From Oikopleura dioica (Eukaryota > Animalia > Chordata), in the NCBI GenBank assembly GCA_907165135.1, contig OU015569.1:10106001-10170000 (forward strand): 64,000 nucleotides of DNA, read 5' to 3'. Each line of letters opens with the position of its first letter. Positions within the stretch are counted from its first letter, which is position 1. Below, in pieces: positions 16,073-29,300 of the stretch. The notes under the pieces are model-generated. The model was not told the DNA's origin. It made no database searches and saw only the letters and a program-made list of their open reading frames with translations. Made by a program: the position numbers and the translations under genes.

Positions 16073-18573
16073 ATGTTTTTAGCAACGTTACTTGCTGGTC
16101 TTATTGGCTTTTTATGGGACAGACTGTCGTTGATACCATGGTATATTTTAACGAATCAGAGGAGAAAAGTCGAGTATCAAACTCGGCAGAAATCCAAGCT
16201 TATGCCAGGCGAAGAGAACATTTGGATGTCCGGCGATACAGAGAGAGTTATTGAGACATACTATTATGGCGAGCGCACTATGGACAAGGTCTTTCTGAAA
16301 GCGGTCGAAAAATTCGCCGATTTGCCCGCTCTCGGAACGCGAGAATTGCTTCAAGAAGTGGACGAGGTACAGCCAAATGGCAAAGTCTTCAAGAAAGCTG
16401 TTTATGGCGAGTACAAATGGATCACTTTTCGAGAGTTCGGCCAGAAAGTCGATCAGTTCGCAAAAGCGCTGACTGAAATTGGCGCCAAGAAAGTCGCAAT
16501 TTATATGGGTAAATAGATTTTTTGGAATTTCTAGCCAACGATTTTTTCTTTTTAGAAACTCGTGCTTGCTGGCAAATTGCTTGCCAAGCGTGTTTTCAGC
16601 ACAACATAGACATTGTCACAGTTTACGCCTCACTTGGAGACGAAGCGGTCTCCGCTGCTCTGCAAGAGGCCGAAGTAGATTACTTATTGACCTCAGGTGA
16701 CCTAGTCAACAGGTCGCTCGTTGGTGTCCTCAAAAAAGTGCCCTCGTTAAAGGCTGTTGTTTGGGCGCCATTTGACTCATTTTCTGCTAAATTGAAAGTC
16801 AAGGAAGGAATTCTAAAAATCTCAAATAATCAAAAATTAAAATCAAAAACTGCAAACTAAAATCCTAAAAAAGCAAGAAGATTACCCGAATACTAAAATC
16901 ATCGAATGGGAAGACATGTACGCGATCGGGAAGAACTCGAAAAAGCCAAAACCAGATGGGCCGACTCCAGAAACAGTCAGCATGATTATGTACACAAGCG
17001 GCACTTCTGGCAAACCTAAAGGAGTAATGATCAGGCAAAAAGGAATGGTCGCGGCATGCTCTGGAATTGGCGAGCGAATTCAAACTGGGCATCGCTTTAG
17101 TCCTGACGACACTTACATTGGATACCTGCCACTTGCTCATATCCTTGAATGCATGGCTGAGAGTTGTGTCCTTTGGAATGGAACTAAAATTGGCTACAGC
17201 TCTGCCCTTACGCTAACTGATTTATCATCAAGGATTAAAAAAGGCAGTCAAGGTGCAATCGATGCTTTCGCTACTTTTACTTATCAAATTTTAGGTGACG
17301 CTACTGTATTGAAGCCTACACTGCTTGCCGCGGTTCCGGAAATTCTGGAAAGAATTCGAAAAGGGGTCCAAGGAAAAGTCAATAGCGGTTCTGCTTTCGG
17401 GAAATGGCTCTTCAATTTCGCTTACGATTACAAAGTCCGTCAGCTTGAGATCGGCCGTGACACTCCTATCCTTAACAAACTCATTTTCTCCAAGACCTCA
17501 GCGATGATGGGAGGAAAACTCAGACTTCTTCTGTCTGGAGGAGCTCCACTAGAAGAAAAAACGCAGCGCTTTACCCAGGCAACTCTCTGTGCTCCTGTTC
17601 TTATCGGGTATTTTTAGAAGTACGAGATATGGCTTTTAACCCAAGAATTCAGTTATGGATTAACCGAGTCTTCCGGAGGCGTTGCTGTTAGTGACTGCTT
17701 CGATAATCAAGTCCGTCGATGCGGAGGAGTCATCGATACGTGCGTTTAATGTTTAAATTTATAGAGTCTTACTTTCCATTTCAGACTTATGGTCAAGCTC
17801 GCTCCTTGGGAAGAAGCGGGATATTTTCCGACAAACAATCCTCCACAGGGAGAAGTTCTTTTCGGAGGACCAGCTGTGACAGTAGGATATTTCAAAATGC
17901 CAGAAAAGACTGCAGAAGACTACATTACTGATGAACAAGGACGAACTTGGTTCAAGACCGGCGACATCGGCCAGTTCGACCCAGATGGAGCGCTCCGAAT
18001 CGTTGGTAAGCAGTGATTTCAATGAAATCAAGGAGGAATTATCTTGTTTATTTCAACTTTCAGATCGAAAGAAAGACTTGGTTAAACTGAGACATGGAGA
18101 GTACCTTGCACTTGGAAAAATCGAAGCAGCGTTGAAGACTTCAAAATACTTGACGAACATCTGCGTTTTTGCTGATCAAAATGAGCTCTCGGTTGTTGCC
18201 GTCGCCGTTGCTAAAGAAGACGAAGTCCTCAAAGCAGCTACGGTACTAAATCGAGACTTGCGTTCTTCTCATGATACCATTTAGGAAATGTTCGTCTCTG
18301 GCGACTTTGAAGCAGTTTGCAAAGATGAGAGGATTATAAAGATGATCACCGAAGACGTTTGGAAAGTAGCAAAGGAGATTAAATTGACAAAACAAGAAAT
18401 TCCATCGAAAATTTTCGTGGAAAGCTTACAATGGCTGCCCGAGACTGGACTCGTTACTGATGCATTTAAACTCAAGAGAAAGGTACGATTCTATGATTTT
18501 CACTGATAAACTCTCGTTCTAGCCACTGAATGAATATTACGCGAAGCAAATTAAACAGCTGTACAAAAAATGA
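16073..18573 (+). CDS. ACSL3/4: Long-chain fatty acyl-CoA synthetase, ACSL3/ACSL4 type
   Basis: IMYTSGTSGKPKGVM AMP-binding motif, YLPLAHILE, LLSGGAPL, GYGLTE, WFKTGDIG, DRKKDLVKLRHGEYLALGKIE, GLVTDAFKLKRK; about 10 exons. Confidence 0.95.
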
Positions 18574-19727
18574 AAAATGAAAACGTTCTTCAACTTTGCT
18601 ACTAAGTAACCATTACTAACTTATGTAAAAGTGCTCGAATAAAAAGCTTCCTGCAAAATTAAACGGCAAAATGATTAAAACTATCAATGATTGTCTATCA
18701 TAGATTTTCTTACTAAAGATGTTTTATTTTTTGTTTGAAGCGCAACAACTGTGGAACATGAAAAGTGACACGCTTCACTCTAAGCCTGGAAACGTGATAA
18801 CGATATTAAATTGAGTTTAACGGTCGTTCCTTGGTACTGCATAACGCTGGCTTACAAGGTTAATGAAATTCTTGCGCTGCCGGCATTTTGAACGGAGGTA
18901 GGGTTTTTGCGCGCATGATTTCGATCTTGAATTGTCAATTAGATTAAATTAATGCATTTAAGTTAGTTACAAATATCGCAAACACCCAATTATAAGGTGT
19001 CATTATCTTCACATAAAATTTCTCGTAAACAATAATAATGATAATAATATATTTATTCAATTTCTTAGTCAGTTAAGTTAAGAAAGAATTCGTTTGTTTA
19101 TAGTTTTGTTGTCACGCCGAAAATCGGTTCATAATGCATCCGTCTTCTTTGTCATTTTTTTTTCTATTGATATCTGTACAGCTGTTTGCGCGCGAGGATT
19201 GTCGGAGAGCTGAGTCGATTCGGGTTTTCAGTTTTGCTTTTTGATTTTACGCAAGTCACGGTTTCGCACAGAAATTTTGGCCAAATCGTGGACACCGCGC
19301 TTGCCCTTGCAAAATCAGTAGCAAAATGAAATTGTAAAACTTTTGAAATTAAAATAATCTATTTACAATGGATCAAACTCGAGCACTCGCCGCGGGGCAA
19401 GTTTCACTTCTTTTTCGCGAAATGCTACCAGCATGATTTTGGTTTCTCTAAAGAGCCGATTCCGTTCATTTCAAAACTTGAAATGAAACTGAAAATCGCT
19501 CATTAGTAGATAGTGCCTTTCTTAGATTCTAGGAGACAAGGAACTAGTAGCAGCCGCAAAAAACTATGCCTTCTCCTCGATAAGCTTGCGTGCCCGAGCG
19601 GTCCTTTTAATTCAAAGCCATAATTGAATAATTATTGATACCCGAATCGCTGGATATAACCTTGGGATAGTTGTCGTTTAGCATGGATTTTAGTCAATTA
19701 AAATGTTAATTGTCGTCGAGTATTTTT

Positions 19728-20681
19728 TCAAACATCCTTGGGTGGTTTCGTCCATCCTTGTTCTTTGCAGACTTTACCGCTATTTCTCTCGATAACGTCG
19801 CAATACGCAGGGCACTTGCTCGCTGGAAATTTGCTACATTGCAGCCGCCATTCACGGAACTTTTCGACCAGTGTCTCAAATTTTGCCGTAAACTTGTCCA
19901 GCTTCTCTTGGTCTGCTCCGCATTCCAGCGATAAGGACTTTCTCAGAGAGCGTTTCAGGTGCGACTTAACACATAAATGAATTCAATTTTGCTTCTACTA
20001 CAGTTTCTACTCAAGAATCTGCTACAAAACTAAATCTAACTAGAATAAAGCAGAAATATAGACTCGAATTATAATTGTTTTCGATGTCAACAAGATCATT
20101 TTCAACGGAAATCTCAATTACAAATAGCTTGCTTAAAAAATACCTTTGTAAACTCAAGGAAATAGTCGGACTCCTGAACCATTGGTTTCGAGCGAGTCAG
20201 ATCGTTCAGCCTATCTCCAACACCGGTACATGTCAAATATTCTTCGCAGTTATCGAGCGACGCGCAGCCAGACGCAATCTTTCCGACCAATTTCAAATAG
20301 TAGTCAACGACTTTACTCCGAACCGTGGTCACTTTGTAGTTAAATTTGCTCTATTGCCAGTTATTGAGTGTAAATTTAGAAAATTAATAAGCTTAAAATT
20401 TAGAAAGTTAATTTTGAAATTAATTAAAATGTGGATATTACTAATCGAATAACTTTGCCTGGTTGTCTAGTTCCGGGACAATGTCGGTGTACTTGGTGTG
20501 GTTCGCCATGTTAAAATAGGCCCACTCGTCAAGTAAATTGAAAGACTTTTCAATGCGTCGTTGAAAGGGTGTCTGAAATTGGTCAATATTCTCCTTGTTG
20601 ATTTCTCTCTCTCTCTCCTACCTTCTTAGCATCGACAGATCCTAGTGCAGCTATGCCAAGCGCTATAGAAGTCACCTTCAT
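19728..20681 (-). CDS. Small secreted, probably lineage-specific helical protein with a Cys-containing C-terminus
   Basis: MKVTSIALGIAALGSVDAKK|TPFQRRIEKSFNLLDEW...|...VVDYYLKLVGKIASGCASLDNCEEYLTC...|...LQCSKFPASKCPAYCDVIERNSGKVCKEQGWTKPPKDV*. The intervening introns are short and AT-rich. Confidence 0.6.
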
Positions 20682-22193
20682 TCTCTCTTGAACGTGTTTT
20701 TAGTCTCTCTTTTTGATTTCGAATTGAAGTGCTCAAAGCGTCGACGTTCTTCGATAGTTTACGGAATGGCGCCCGACTCTGGCGCTGGAGAGCTTTCACG
20801 AGCACGCTAGAATCGTTTACTCGCGCTCTTGCAAGCCTGAAGCAAGGAAATAATAAGGATATGCTTCTTCAGAAAACATTTGAAAAAAAAACAATTTCAA
20901 AAATCTAATTGAGCAAATATTTCAAGCAAAGTGGGCAAAACTCGGTTGAACGGCGGCTAACTGACCAATGGAGAAAATATTGAACTAGGAATTGACAGGG
21001 AATGTGTCGCCACGCAGAACTAAAGCTGTTCTATCATGTTTGTCCTGTCAATCAGCGTTATCGAGACAACACTCTTGCACATGCAGAGCTCGATCATCAG
21101 CAAGAAATTACACTTTCTAAGCGATCTCTCATGGGCAAGGGAAAACTTTTTTTTTATCAATTTGCGAAAGAAAAAAGTAAAAATCTATAAAGCAAAAAGA
21201 GAGAAAATCATGCAACGACTTCTTGAAGTTTTCATTTACTTTGTAAAATGGACGCTTCTTACTATTATTGCTAATTCATTAATAATAGACAAAGGCTAAG
21301 ATAAAGGCTTATCGGTGTAAATTAAATAGATAAGTCACTTGATAGTTTTCCCAATAAATCAGACAGCTATACGCAAGAAAATTTCCAGGGAGTGCCGAAA
21401 TCATCCGAGGAAAGGGCTTTCAGTCGATTAACCTGTAGTTAGATAAAGATTTAGATTATTCGAAAAGATGGACGATGCACAAAGTCGAGTTTCGCAAGTG
21501 AATATTTAAAAGATAACCAGTAACGTGAACATAATATTTAGACCGAACACTTTTTTCTCTGTTTAAGTTGAACACTCGTCGAAACAGCGGTTCTATCGAA
21601 AACTGCACCACTTCTGTTGTTCCCAGATACAACTCTGCGGAAACAAGTGCTTTCTCAGTCATTTAGCCATTCAATTTCTATTTATCAAGCAAATAAATAC
21701 TTTGCTTTTTATCATCGAATTATTTATGGAATTTTATAGAACTTCAGTTTTTAGCTCCACAATGATTTTGTTCCCAAAGCGTAAATACGGCGACCAGAAA
21801 AGCCTCAATTAAAAAGATGTTGAACAAGTGTAATCGAGGTGAGCGTTTGTAAACTCAGAGATGTGCTTGAAACACCAAGCTCTGTTTCTTTGCACGGGAG
21901 ATGATCTTCATTTGCGCAAACGTGTTAATCGCGGCTTTCATGCAAACTAACAGCACGTTTTTTAAGCCGGCCTGAAGAACCAGTTCCAAGCCAAGCAGAA
22001 AAATCTTCGAGTTGGGTTACAAAGTTCTTCCTTTTTTTCTTTTCTTCGTTAAAAAAAACGAGTTAAAGATAATTTGATTGCCGCGAAGAAAAAAAATACC
22101 GCGACAATATAATTTTAGCGGAAATGAAGTTTACCGCGTTCACGTCTCTTTCTAACCCCCGTTTGCCTTTCCCATCGACTAGTTTTGAAAGCA

Positions 22194-22960
22194 ATGGACA
22201 TTGAAAATGCGCGCAAGCTCGCAGTTAAACGAATCCAAAGAAATAAATTCAAAGTTAGACTAGGAATGAGCTTTAAAATAGCGGATACTTCATCCCAAAA
22301 TGTAATTTATTTCCTCTCTAAAAAAGAACAGGAAGAAATCAGAGACCGCGATTCGTACATGCTGTCCGTGAATGAGCGCTTCAACAGAGCACGGTAATTG
22401 AAAAAAATATTTTTCATATTTTCATCCAGCGCTCTTCTAGTTTCAAATTCGAAAAGTTGTACGATCAATCAGGGCGCACTTACTTCCATGGCTATGTTTC
22501 CACGTTAGAGTTGACAGCAAGTATTTTCGTGAAAAACAAGCTCCGACACCTTCGAACTACAAATAACCAGCGAAAAAAGCCTAATCAATATTAGGCCGCG
22601 CCCTTTTCGAGCTATAATTTAAGTTAAATTTCTATTTGTATTCCGCTTCACGTGTAATTGCTGTTTACTATCCGGTAAAAATTAAGAATAAGTCAAATCC
22701 TAAATGATAGATGAAAGAAAGATTCGTCAACTCGTGAAAAAGCCTATGAAACGTTTCTCGAGTGAGTGGGTGGAAGTCGCCAAGTCGAAGCCGCTGGAAC
22801 TGCGAATACCGGAGGTTCTAGTCACCTTTGGCTTAATGAATTTAAATTTATGAAAATTCTAGCGAACGAGGCTCCTTCCCCGAGCGGAAATGGGCGATCA
22901 AATTGAGATGTTTCGAAAGCACTTTCTCCCATTTAACACGTGACAGATCAGGAAGAGTAC
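22194..22960 (+). CDS. Putative uncharacterised multi-exon gene
   Basis: Protein-like segments (MDIENARKLAVKRIQRNKFK..., QEEIRDRDSYMLSVNERFNRAR, ERKIRQLVKKPMKRFSSEWVEVAK...) separated by GT..AG-bounded AT-rich gaps. No family recognised. Confidence 0.3.
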
Positions 22961-23329
22961 TTTACTACTAATGGAAGTCTACACACGCCTGCAATTATAA
23001 CTAATTGATCTTTGGTTTTTTAAATAACACTGCTGTTTTAATCAATCACTATTATTTTGCAAATAAAAAGAACATATGCTCAAATTACCTCTATGTTAAT
23101 TAGTAGCTTATTATTGCAACAACAAGGCGAGGCACCCGCCATAGCAAATTGCTTTAGATTTTGATTAGAAAATATTGAAATCATTATACAATAAAAATCC
23201 GTTCTTAGTTCACCCTGGAAGTGAATATGTTACTGCTAGTGAATATCTTAGGCTGAAAAGTTTCACCTTCTCTTTTCAAGTGTATTTTCAGAATAAAAAG
23301 TCTTTCTTGTGTGTAATGGGGGAGAAAGA

Positions 23330-26300
23330 TCAGCATCCACGGACCGCTCGATCAATCGGATCAAGGTTTTCCGGGCATTCAGGCTTGCACCTTCCGTCTA
23401 AAGTTTATCCATCAGGTTTACTATATGGTTGATAAGCGGCTGGTTACCTGCCGTTGTTCCGTTTTTGCATTCACAAGTCTTCTTCATTTTGTTATAAATC
23501 ATGTCTTGGAGGCAGATGCAATTAAATGAACCTTCGGAATTAAAGCACTGCGCAGCTTGGTGCAGACCACAAGGCCGCGTTCTTTTTTCGTTTGCCTCCG
23601 CGCATTCATCGATGTCGACGCATTTTCCGTTCTCGTTGAGCTTGAATCCTTTCGCGCAGCTGCACATGTGTCGTCCAAATTTTAACGGAATGCAGGTGCC
23701 GGCTCCACAGGGATTCGCGCCTTTGTAAAGGATATGATCAAATTAACTGTCAGTCGATCAATATGAAATTATCACTTTCCTTGTGTGCAGGCTGTGGGTG
23801 ATCGTGGCTCACATGCTCCGCCAAGAAGGCCTTCTTTCCACCTGTGGGTAAGCGGACATCTTGGTTCGCATTTGAGCAAATTTCCTATTTGCACTTTGCG
23901 AGTGCTTACTGGACATCTGCACTCGTAGGAGCCTGGCGTGTTCACACACAGCAGTTTGCCACAAGGGTTGGTCTCTGTTTTGCACTCGTTAACGTCCTCG
24001 CAGATTTCGTGCGTTTTCCTCCTGTATCCCTAAATTCCGCGTTCATTTAGCTGTTCAGTGAATCCAGCTATTTGTCGCAAAAACAAGCGCTCGTTAGATA
24101 CCAGTACCTGTTTACACTCGCAAATGTATGAGCCTCCGAAACGGTTGATGCAGAAAGCATTTGTACAGGGATTGCTTAGACATGGTTCAAGACGAGTCTA
24201 ACAGTTAGATCGAGGGGTGAGCGCAGTTCCGTTGCGGGTCTTATGTGAACCGTTCCTGGTCTTGCAGTGGTCGACGTCTTCAAGGTGGCGACGCCACTGA
24301 TTAAGGAGGCCCTTTCAAGCGGTCGTGTTCATCCCTTTTGACCTTTTGTGTTATCCTGCCGCGGGTGGCCTCGGTGGTGCCACTTTCCCAAAAAAGAGAA
24401 GTGCCCTGGTTTAATCGACCGCCGTCTTATCGCATTTTCTTGTATTCGGGGAGGCTGTATTCACTTTGCTCTTTCTGGGCAATGATCGACCGCGTTCCTT
24501 ATCACGTGGTTGGCAGCTAGTTCCATAGGCGTCCGGCTCGAAACGTTCGTCGGAGCACTCGCAGCGGTAATAAGTCAGAGTCGTCAGGCACATTCCATAT
24601 TTGCACCGTCCTTGCTCAGAGAGATCGCAGTAATTGCGCCTTCCGCGAAATATCACACTTTGGCGGCATTTGGCGCTAAGAACGTGTTAAAACATGTTTA
24701 ATTATAGTCTTATGATTTCACACTTTAGGGCAGCTCCTTATTCAAGACGCCACTTTACCTCGGACTGGGGTTCGTTGAAGGTGTATCCAACCACTTCATG
24801 CTAGCTCAGCAACGACCATAATTTAGACTAGTTAAAAAGAAGCAAAAAAGACAATAAGAGCATTTCCTGTTTGCAGAAATTGACGCAGTAGCCTTGATTC
24901 CATCGAATGCAATCCTTTCGAGCAGGATTTCAAACAAATTTTAGCCGAAAATTAAATAAAATGTTTATGCGCTTGTGAATCCTTTGCTTGTTTGGGTTCT
25001 GAAGTTCTAAACCAGAATTGCCCCAAGTCTCGTCTGTGCAGAGAGGTGAGTAAGTGGCCACCGCCTTCCGGTTCTCGTCGTAGTAATCATACACAGAAAT
25101 TCTAGACTCAAGTATCAAAGTGGTTTTTCAGTCTCAGCGGCACTTTCAGCGCCAATTTTACGTAAATTTTAATCGGTCAAATTTTAATGCTGAAATGAGA
25201 AGCTACAATTACTGATATTTTAGATCCCTGATTTATGAATGCTTGAACTTCAACTGAGCTCACCTAGCTGGTGCTTCGTTCGAAACTTCAACAATTGGTT
25301 TTATATGAAGCGAGAGGCAAATGTCTTCTGGCCCAACTGTATTCAAATAAAAGACGATTATTGGCGAGTCTTACTGTGGCTTCGAAACTGTTCAATCGCA
25401 GCATTGCAAAACTTAAGTCAACGGCCCTTTCCTTCGGAAATCTCGTACTTCCTTATTCCAACCAGGTGTCCCCCAGACACCACGTTTTTCAGTGATTCGT
25501 AGTCGACCCAGTAGCCAGAGGTGATCTCGACTTCGACGATAACCATGTTGGTCCAAAGCTGACTCGAGGCGGCAGATTTGTATCTAGCAAGATCTCTTAT
25601 TAAATTCCGAGATTATGAGCTTTGGAAAGTGCATAAGGTGACACGCTCCAAGTGTTACTGCATTTTTTGATGAATTTTGATTTGTTAAAATACCTAGTGC
25701 AAACTGTCAGTTGTCGGTCTTTCTTCAATCTGCACTCGTTTGGTTTTCCTCTGACGAAAACTTCCAGGTGCAGGCTGAAGAGGAGCATCATTTTAAAGTG
25801 TACAATCAAGCACTCAAGAATTACCCTTCTAACGCGTACTTCGTATTTGGTACGTTGTACGATTTTGAAATCTTTTAAAAGTTGTCCTTGATTCATTTGA
25901 AACGCCCAGATCTCAGCTGTGAACATGGAAACACATGTAAATACCTTACAGCTACTAAACTGTTCAAAGGTATTGTATTCTTTTTTTGTTCAGAGAACGG
26001 AACCACTTGGTCCTCACGCTCATTACAGAGGAATGTTTTGTTTTGAGGGAAAGCGAAGGCGAGTTCCTCAATTTTAGACTCCGCAATAGATGTTTTTCCT
26101 GAGACAAAACCTATTATAGTAAAGAACAACCGGCTGCCTGAATCATTGCACAACCCTTCCCTTCCGCCTTGATGTGCAGCTCATCGACACTTCGAAATAC
26201 GATAACAATTTAATTTTATATTTGAACAGACGGGTACCTGCCGGTAACACGAGTCTGTTGAAGCAACATGGAATTATCGCGGCCGATCTGAAGGGACTAC

Positions 26301-29300
26301 TCGAGGGTCAACGTCAACTAACTGCCACCTAACAAATCGGGAATTTTACGAAAGCGCCTTCGTCAAAAAATCCCGATAATTTACTTCCCGAGAATGTGGC
26401 TGACCCTCCTTTGTGGACTGCTGCGAGTCTTTTGAAGGGTTTTTTTCAATAAAATTAACACTAATTTAGACACCATCCGAGAACAGGCGCACGTTTGCGA
26501 GAATTATAAACATGAGGTTTTTAAATTTACGAATGATTCGTGTGAATTCGGACATGTTCGTTTTTAGCGCTACCCTTTAATTGTTCTTTTAAAAAATCCT
26601 TCCCAAAAAGCAATGTCATTTCGTTAGTGCTCATTCGCCGCGAATTGCTTTTCCCGTGTCCTTGCGTGTACTGAAATTATAAAGTTAAGCTTGCTTCACA
26701 CGGGTCAACATTTAACAAACATGGAGGATTCCTTCCAATGCGGCGACTGTATCTTGCGTGTTTCGCCATCCACCTTCACGCGGATATTTTTCGTCCAGCA
26801 ATGAGAAAAAGAAACAAATGAAAAATATCACGGGCCTAATCTGTTTCTTTGGCCAACGAGCCAGCTGATCATATATTTGCAATTCTTCTTGAAATTGATG
26901 AAATCCGCGTTTTGACTCTTCAGAGCCGATAAAGCTCAGGCAAGTTCAGCCAGCAATTTTCAGCTAATTTCCCTTTTATTTCAAATTGAATCTGTTGAAC
27001 ACGTTCCTTTCTTGCGCCTTGCGATTGGAGCGAAGAGAAATTCCGTCGAAGCAGAAAGCATCAGTCCTGTTTAGAGGTTAGCGTTCTTGCTTAAGCCCAA
27101 TCACTTCTTCTTAGCATTACGAGATATTTTCAAGCTAACCAGACCTGTGGCTTCAATTTGAGCTGCAATGGATCCTTTTCTGATGTCAAAGCTCATGTAA
27201 GTGTTTCTTGGATCCAGTTCGATTGTTTTCCTGATAACACCAATTAGTCGGTCGACAAACCCTCCGATCGATCTCCATAGCTTTTCGTCATTATCCTGTT
27301 CTTCACTGAAAGAAATCTAAATTTCATGTTCCCTTAGAATTATCAAACCATTTGTTAACGAATTGCGCGAATGTCCGAAGCGCCAAAATGGCGGAATGGG
27401 GGTTGATCATTGTCTCATCCGCTATTTTTTCGGTGATGCAGCCCATAGCTTTTCTGATGACATTCTACTACGCACTCAAAATTGATCTTTCTGGTAAGAA
27501 ATAGTCCTCTGAAATTTAATGAGTACGATCCTTGTAAAACGAATTTCTTTCGACATAGTCTTTTCCACATTTAGTGGCGTCGATGATGTTTCCCAAGACA
27601 AACGAATTCATTGCGAGTTGTCGGCTGTGAGGATCTTCGTAAGAATCATTTCGAGGCACAAAGCCGACCATTTCAAAGCAGCCGTCTTCTTTCTGCGCGT
27701 TCTTTAGCCACTCAAGTGGCTTGATTAGCAAAAACTGGGAGTCGACGAACACGTTCTTCGAGGAGCGATCTGCGCGAGCCAGGACTTTCACTGCGAACGA
27801 TGTTAGCCATGTGGAAGTGTCATCGAGCGTCGACTGCTGGCAAATCGGGTGTGAAGGAAGTAGAGCCTTTTTCATCATTTTTTAGTGTTTAGTCTTTGCT
27901 TCAAGAATTTCATCACTCGACTTGATTAAAGCGGTTCAATACTAAATGCAAACTCTCGTACGAGAGTCAATTATAAATTTAATTATTAACACTGTGTTTG
28001 GCTAAACAAGGAGTGCCTCGTTTTCCCTTCTATACGAAATAAATGCTCTTGGTAAGCCACTTTATTATTGTTTCTACTCTCATCAAGTAATGATTGAGAG
28101 TTGTTTTTCAGTAAATACCCGATTTAATCTAACAGTATTTGATGTTCATTGGAAACTTGTGAGCGCCACTGAAATTTTTAGAAGCGAGATTCCTAGTTTT
28201 TTGATCGATATAGCTCTCATAATAACTCTTATTGTTTGCTAACACCATGTTTTACAATAAACGCTCTTTTCTTCGACGGCCAATGTCGTGAAATTAACGA
28301 AAATCGCATGGCAAAAGAGGAAAACATATTCGAAACGAGGGAGCTATGTTTAAGAATCAAACATCCCAGATCCTACTGAAAACTCAACAAGCGAATAATA
28401 TTTTGGTATTTTCACCATAACCAGTGATTCCGCATTTTTGCACGAAAAGTTTGAAGCATTAAAAGTCGAAGACTATTATTGAGAGGCAAAGCTCTAACTT
28501 GATCATTGAATATCTTTGAAAATGATTCCTCATCAAAGCTGTAATTGTGATAAGATCGAACGCAGAACGGGTCGGGCTTGAAAATGACGAAACTTCCATC
28601 GAACATGAGAAATTTTATCTGTCTAAGGAGCAATTTTATTAATCGAACACTTACAAGGACTAACCTGCTGATACCAAGTTGTGTATTTCGAATGGCCCGT
28701 TGTTCTAGCTCGCGGTCATCAATGTCCAACCTGTCAAGATACTCCAGCACGAGCACATTTGGGTAGAGTCGAGCGAGATTTTGTTCTCCACATCCCATCG
28801 GCTCCTCTAATAGTGCATCGATATTCGGAACGATGGGTCCGAGAATGTCTCCTGACGCAGAAATTCGGATTTCTTCGCTTCCTTCTATTGCGTCGGAAGG
28901 AGACGGCAGAGAAATCGTCTCGCTAAATGTTGGAACTTGGTCCTTAAGAGTAACTCTACGGGCTCCGTCACACTGAAATGTCATTCATACTATCAGTTCT
29001 GCAGAGCCCTATCAAATCAAACGGCTCATGGAGTCCGTCTTCCTCTCTCCTTGAATAGTAACCGTCAAATTCCGTTCAACGCCATCGAAAACGAGCGCAG
29101 AGCTTATGGACTTCCTCCTGGTGCAGTCGTTAACTGGCCGGCCAAACATTTTAACCGAGATCGGGAAGGTACCACCTCGCTGCGTCGTAATCGAAAAGTG
29201 CTCGTGCGTGAGTTTCTCGGCTGGACAGGCGCAAGTGATTCTGTTCGACTCTCCTTGATTCTCGAGTCCTTCTGGAGTTTCGATCTGGAGCTCCAACGAG

